Of a DNA stretch of 64,000 nucleotides, positions 57,450 through 64,000 are shown one piece after another. The notes under the pieces are model-generated. The model was given only the letters and a program-made list of their open reading frames with translations. It was not told the origin of the DNA and searched no databases. The first letter of the stretch is position 1; each line of letters begins with the position of its first letter. The stretch lies in assembly GCA_946965045.2 (NCBI GenBank), contig OX337228.1, positions 620,001 through 684,000 of the forward strand, in the 5' to 3' direction. Position numbers and translations under genes: made by a program. Origin of the DNA: Epithemia pelagica (Eukaryota; Protista; Bacillariophyta).

Positions 57450-60265
57450 ATTATTTTAAATGGTCTGTGTACACAATACACATATGTAGTTGATGTGGCA
57501 ATGTAATGTCCATTGAAGATTCAAATCGATCAAAACAAATGGGAGCAACTGGGGTTCCCACGTTGGCGCAGTCAACCAATCTGATATGTGTGGTACGGAT
57601 ATCTTTGATATGTTCGTAACTTGGATTCTCATGTTGGAGACGTCGTTTCTGTTTTGAGATTTATTTCCCACTCAGCCTTTGCACATTCCATGAAATGCTT
57701 TCTTATACTCTAGGTAGTTCATAGGGGCATAATCGTTGTACTACGGGAGTCCACGAAACGGCCAATACTTTGAGTTACCGGAATGTCAACGAATAAGTGC
57801 TATCGAATATGTTTCTGTGCGTCGCGTTGACCCAGAAGTATTCTCTTTTATGTCTTTGCATAGAATTATTTCTATGTACTATACAGTGAAAGGTCATACG
57901 TGGAGGCTATGACTTGATTTCCCGCCTGCAGTCTCAACATGAATACGAATCAACAAGTTAAAATACATTTTTTGCCGATCATAATCAATGTGTGTGATTC
58001 ATAAATGTTGCTGGTAACTCTGCTCTAATGGAGGTATCGGAATGATTGCTAAGCTTTTGACCGACTTGCTCAAAGGGTAATTTGTCGAGAAAGTTCTTCG
58101 TTTAAATCGACGAACACAATCCCCTTGCTTCATATAAACTCGTAGTGTTTTGTGCTCTGTATAACAACCGTCGTACCTTCAGGTTCATGGAGTGATCCCA
58201 TCTAGCTGCGGCAGACAGATTCATCGTTCTTCGCTTTCGTCAGTCATTGCCAGCCTGCCTTACATGGATAGCTTCTTGATTCTGTCTTTGCAGCTGCCGT
58301 TCTAGTTCTTCATGAAGTAACACAGCTTCGTTGTGTGCTTGTTCAAGCGATAATTGTTCTTGGGAAGCAACGGCAGCATAGAATCGAGGTCGCAAGTTCT
58401 CACTGCTGCTCAAGGTGAACTGTAATCTTGTTGTTTTCCTGCTACCGTGGGCAACAAGAACGAGCTCAACCCGTGTAAAACAAAGTTAAGTTGTGTGCTT
58501 AGTCTTTACTTCTACTCGTAGCGATGGCTGTGATCCGTTGGATCATCGGCCGTTGGATAAAGTAGATTGGAGATCTTTTTGCGATCTTGTTGCAATCTTG
58601 GTTTCCTATGTATCGTCGTCCAGCCCGTTCTTGCCTGTCAGAATGTTTAGACGACGACAGTAATGGGATGCCACAGGATCTTGTTTCTCTATGTATTGGA
58701 CTGGTTTGGGCCGTTATTGTTGATGACGCGTTGCTCCAAGTGAGACTTGGTCGGCCCATTGGTTCATTTGTTCTGTTCCTGTCCTCAATGGAATAACGAT
58801 GGTAAGGTGGTACTCGTCTCTTGTCGGTCGAATCTTCTACTTCCGAATGCCGGTTCCGAATGCTGGTCGCACTTCTTCATTCACTGACCATATCTCATTA
58901 TTTCGAACACTCCCTCTCGGCCGAGTAGAGTCGATGTTACCATCCTTGTATGCTCTCGCGATGTTTCTCGAACGATGATTCGTTGAGGGATTTAGTGAAG
59001 ATATCTGCGGTCTGATCGTCTGTCGCGCACGGGTGAATCTCGATCTCTTTTCGTTCCACAAAAGATTTAAAATGGAACAACTTGGTGCACAGATACCGTG
59101 TTCTGGGTCTGTACTTGTATATTGTTGCGAGTTCAACTGCACCACTGTTATCTTCGAAGGCCTTGCAGTGTATATTGGGCGTCGTGGAGAGAATAGGGAA
59201 TCCCAAAACCTTCATCTCACGAGTGATGGCCATCAATGGAATGACGGTACGTAGCGCGTGCGACAAACTGATGATCTCTGCTTCTGTGGTTGATAAGGCT
59301 ATCTCTGACTGCAGTTTTGATTGCCAGAGGATGGGGCAACCTGCGTAGAAGACCACAAATCCCGTTCGAGACCGAGCCATGTCCTTGTTTGGGTGGTCGA
59401 GTTTGTTAAAAATTCCTGCAAAGTCCGCGTCGGCGAACACTTGGAAAGATTTCGTGGTGTCGGGTTTGAGTATCACTCCTTGCTTTCTTGTCCCTGCGAG
59501 ATAACGTGCTATGTGTTTGACAGCTTTCCCATGAATTGCTTTAGGGTTTTCGCAAAATCTAGCGCATTGGTGGACGGCAAAACTAATATCTGGTCTCGTG
59601 CTCTTTTCCAGGAAGTTGAGTTTCCCGATCGCCGACCTGTAATGGAAATGGTGATCAAATGCTTTCCCGTCTTGGTCTTGTCTCAAGCGTACTGTGGTAG
59701 GTGCCGGTGTTTCTTTCTTCTTTGTTGATTCGTCGGCAAGGTGAAGATCTTGGAGGATTGAGTCAATTAAATGTGGTTGAGTCAAGTGGATGGTGCCATC
59801 CTCTTTTCTGTCGATGTTGACCCCAAGAAAATCGTTGACTCCGTCTTCATAGGTCATTTTCAGACCACTATTCTCCATTGTAACAATCAACCGGTCGAGT
59901 TCTTCTTTGTCGGGACCCAACAATAAGGAATCGTCCGTATACAAAATGTATACGCATTTACCATGATAAAAGAGGCGCTCGTCGTGTGCACTTTGTTGGA
60001 AACCGACTTGCTTAAGTCGTTCCACGAGATGTTGATTCCATACTCGGGCACCCTGCTTCTGCCCATAGTAATTTTGCTTGATCTTGAGGATGTAGTCTTC
60101 TGCTCGCTGGTTTCCTTTTGTATCGAAGGTGAAGCTTTTCGGCGCTTCCATATACATATCAGTCTCGGCGACTGCTTGAGTATATGCCAGCACATAATCT
60201 ACCTGTTTGATGTGCCATCCTTGTGTGAGTGCCATAGTCAGGATGAATCTCACGACGGGCCATTG
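57450..60265 (-). mobile_element. 5'-truncated Ty1/copia fragment of a second lineage (RT C-terminal part, RNase H, decayed 3' region)
   Basis: ORF 58937-60253: QVDYVLAYTQA, YYGQKQGARVW, LYTDDSLL, TRPDISFAVHQCARF, FADADFAG, ALSTTEAE, FEDNSGA, TADIFTK. No LTR identified; the left limit is approximate. Confidence 0.8.
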
Positions 60266-63200
60266 GACCGCCTACTCTTTGTTCCCCAAGGACCAACTCG
60301 AAGAGGAGATGAAGGACTTCCCATCCGGTTCCTATCTCGTCATGGAGTGCACGGCACCTGAGATGGGAGTGAAGCTTGTAGCAATCGGATACAAGTACAA
60401 CTCACGGAAGGTCCTTTTCTTTGTCATGACCAAAAATGCCGGGAACACAATGCCGGGATCGCCTTACATTGCTCGATTTACCGATGATTTCGGCAATGTC
60501 AAAAGCCGGAAAGTCGAACGTCCTGACTGTATTTCGCAGTACTTTCGGTCCGCAAACAGAATTGATTGGCACAATCATTTACGCCAGGGTATCCTCCGTC
60601 TTTAGCACTACTGGAGAACAACTGATCCGTGGCTTCGTCTCGTTACAACAGTGTTTGGAATGACGGTGGTTGATTGTTTCCTTGGCCTGCGTTTTCATCT
60701 TCAAACAGAGCCATACTCGAGGTTCACGATCGACGACTTCGCGGACATGCTCGCAAACGACCTTCTGACGAATCCTTATGAAGATAATCGCGATAATCGA
60801 AAGGCAGGCATGTTACCAAACATCCCATTAACGCGTCGTCCACTGCTTTCGGTACAAACTGGTGGTTCTTCAACTAATGTGCCATCGAGCGTTCCCAATA
60901 CGGAGGCGTCTCCTACCTCCATCGTGTCTGAGCTCACCTACGATTCAATGTTTTGCCATGAGGTTGTGGAACAGGCAGAAAAGTCTTCATCTGACCAGCG
61001 GCCCGTAAAGCGCAAATGTGCTGTTTGTGGTAATGACACGAGATCAATGTGTGGGCATCCAGCATGCCGCAGTTTTACCAAGCTTTATCGTGGTCAAGCC
61101 AAAATTGGAATTCCTTTGTGTAAGCCGTCCCTGGGTTGTCGTGAAGGGCAAGTGCAGACTTGCCTTGAACAGCACATTTGCGCAGTTATTGCGGCAAGCC
61201 GAAAGGAAAACGGCAACTGATTTGTCCCGAACACGAGAACTACGACTCTATATTGTTACATGGCTTTACATATTATAGTAAGTAAGAACTTAAGAATGCA
61301 TTATTGATGAGAGTATAAAAACGAGATTTTAGTATTAACGCTTATGTCATGGAACCGGCCTACGAGATTCTAGTACTTTCCTGCTTGGGCCACTTCTCCC
61401 TCGCTTTGTGATGAAGCGACATGAACGTAGTCATCCCAACAACACTCATCCGCACAGTAATGACCATGGGCCCCATTGCCATCTTGGTGTCTAAGGAATG
61501 GGCAGTTTCGATCGTGAGCTCTCCTTTGACAAGGGAGCTGCTTTTCGAACGGAACTGGGATAACGACATCAGGCATTGAGTCATCCTTCTTGTCTCGACC
61601 AAACGCGCTAATTGACAGCATCCCACCATTGTTACTGTACTTTGAGCGCTGCATAAGAACGACACCTCGATCCACCACAAGCGTCCCCTTTTCGCCTTTC
61701 CCCCCCAGAGCGGCGTCTTGGACGTAGACATTCACACCCGCTTCGCCATAGATCGTTACACGGCTACCTTGGAGAAGAATCTCCTGCCCTTCGTCTTGCA
61801 TCACGTTGAACCCATTTGGAAGGAGAATTCGATTGTGCGATTCGTGCTCGTATTCCGACATCGTCTTATTACGTCTATTGTAAATGTAACAAAAGGAGTG
61901 GTGAGACGAGACGAGACAAACGAGCAGTCTCACCGTGCAAAACAAGCTTTAGATAGACACTTACTTCTTGTCGCCTACTCCTAATTGGATTGTCAAATGA
62001 AAGTCTTTACTTAGATGAGATTGCCACTCGGATGGCCGATCAATTCTCTCCTCTCTGCACGAAAGGACGAACGCGTCCGCGATCCTTCAGGTCAAACGTA
62101 CAAAACTTCATTTGAGGTTTGGGGGAAACGGTGGGGACTGTCTACAATTGCCACTTGGGTTTAATTATGCCACCGTGACAGATTACTTAGGGAAAATTTC
62201 ATCCGTTGCGCCGCGTGCCTTCCTCATTTTACAGCGCGACAGATTTTTTCCTGAGAGGCCTGATCCCATCAACCAAACAAAACGAGTGACCGTGAAAAAG
62301 GGTGTCCACAAAAAACAAAAAGGATAGTATAGCAACGACAACACTATTGACGAGACAACAGCGAAAAGATATGTTGCTCTACATCGACAAGCGCCGGGTT
62401 AGTGCGCGGCTTCAAAGTCGCACCGACAAGAGTGTTGCGATGGCAACGGGTACGTCAAAACTCGCTCTGCGCCCCATCCATAAAGGTGCCCAGAAGAACA
62501 ACAAGAACAACAAGAACAACAAGAACAAGGAGAAGACGGTTACCAAGAAAGAGAAGGAAGAGCTCTTGGCCGGGTGTGATCCAATCAAAGCTGGTGGCTC
62601 ATCGATCCTCAAGATTCGCGACGACTTAGTTGAGCACGGATCGAACGGCGGAAGCAACACTCCATTGCGCCACACCAAGATCAAGTTTGCTGATGAACTC
62701 AGCCCAGTTTATGAGGAGCTCAAGAAGCCTTTATCACGTGTCTCACTCATAAGCAACGCTTCTACGCGCAGTGTCAACACTGCATCCTCTTGTGGAACCG
62801 CTGTCGATAGCGAGCTTTCCTTTGACTTTGCCGAGACCCAACAAGATGAGCATGACGACGTCTACAACCATTATGTGGCCTCCTAATGATCCTGTAGTAA
62901 GTCTTTTGTAGCGCTGACCTTAAATTAGTCCAGACAGTTGTTTCATTAGTCACGCAACAGGGTTTCTGCCTTAGGAGCAGCGTAGTTGTCGCATACCTAG
63001 AAAACCTTTTGTCAAATCAATCATGACCTCATTCATCACAACCATGGATCCTACGTAAGATCTGAGACTGCTGATCCCTCAAGTAGAGCCTAAACTAAAA
63101 GATATGTTAATATCACGTACAGAGCCGCCATGGCCGGATATCGGCATGGCGTCATCGTTCGGTCGAAATCTCGTGTGCTGTTTGGTGCGTCGAAGAAGCG

Positions 63201-64000
63201 TCGAACGAGGATCGCATCTTTCATCACGACCATGGCGCCTACGTGAGATCTGAAACTTTCCAAACCTTATGTACATCTTAAACTAAACCATATGTAAATA
63301 TCACGTACAGAGCCGACATGGCTGAATATCGGCATGGCGTCATCGCTCGGTCGAAAGCTCGTGTGCTTTTTGGTGTGGCGAAAAAGTGTCCATCAATGAT
63401 CATCTCGTTCATCACAACCAAGGCTCCGATCTTTGATCTGATATGTCGGATCCCTAAACTAGAACCTAAATTAATAGCCTATTAAGTAGGACGTCCGAAG
63501 CGGCCATATTCATGGAGCCGCATCTCGTCATCCTTCGGTCGAAAATTTGTGTGGCGTGTGGTGCGTCGAAAAGAAGGGTCCATCGATGGTTGGCCATTGC
63601 ATCACGACCATACCGCCGATGGTCGATCTGATACGCCCGATCTCTAAAGTAGAACCTAAATTAGTAGCCTATTGAGTAGGACGTCCGAAGCGAACGGATC
63701 CGTGGATTCGCATCTCGTCATCCTTCGGTCAAAAACTCGTGTGGTGTGTGGTGCGTCGAAAGGAAGCGTCCATCGATGGTTGGCCATTTCTCCATGGCCA
63801 TACCACTGATGGTCGATCTGATACGCCACATCTCTCACGTAGAGCTTAAATTAGTAGCCTATTAAGTAGGAAGTCCAGAGCAGACGGATCCGTGGAGCTG
63901 CAGGACGGCGAATAACAATGCAAATCTCATGCGGTACGTGCCGCGTCGAAAAATCGACGCAATGGGATGAAAGCTCGTTTGAATCCTATGCTTAGAGATA
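60266..64000 (+). mobile_element. Near-identical second copy of the PB2 right arm (matches 47567-51346): transposase 3' part, ORF2, ORF3 and 190-bp array; terminus predicted about 113 bp beyond the window
   Basis: Starts abruptly at GACC, which is shared with the copia fragment. Differences include GAG to TAG at ~60602, a deletion of about 36 bp in ORF2, shorter poly-C and a different repeat-unit variant at ~63470. Confidence 0.92.

Overview
Eukaryotic DNA, most likely from a pennate diatom (inferred from CoDi-type copia elements, diatom-type tyrosine-recombinase retroelement motifs, short GT-AG introns and a KxxK-tailed secreted protein). The window is a nested transposon island. (1) A DIRS/Ngaro-like tyrosine-recombinase retrotransposon on the minus strand (1-~23450) has a degenerate C5-methyltransferase-like domain in front of its RT. 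(2) A 15.6-kb Plavaka (CACTA-related) DNA transposon (1655-17215; CATCTAAGG ends, TC target duplication) is inserted in that element's pol. It carries a TET/JBP-like dioxygenase and an Ulp1-like/double-RING gene. (3) A 28-kb piggyBac-like element (23451-51459) has long asymmetric ends built of 190-bp repeats and carries a SET-domain gene plus a hidden 2OG-Fe(II) oxygenase region. (4) A chromodomain copia element (27378-42157) is inserted into that oxygenase region. (5) A second, 7.4-kb piggyBac-like element (34615-42003) sits in the copia 3' LTR with a clean CTAG target duplication. (6) The only likely host gene encodes a secreted PT/S-rich protein with a long KxxK tail (54697-57377). (7) A truncated copia fragment is fused to a duplicate of the right arm of element 3. 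Boundaries, target-site duplications and rejoined reading frames were read directly from the sequence. Domain calls are motif recognition by eye and need HMM or structure confirmation.
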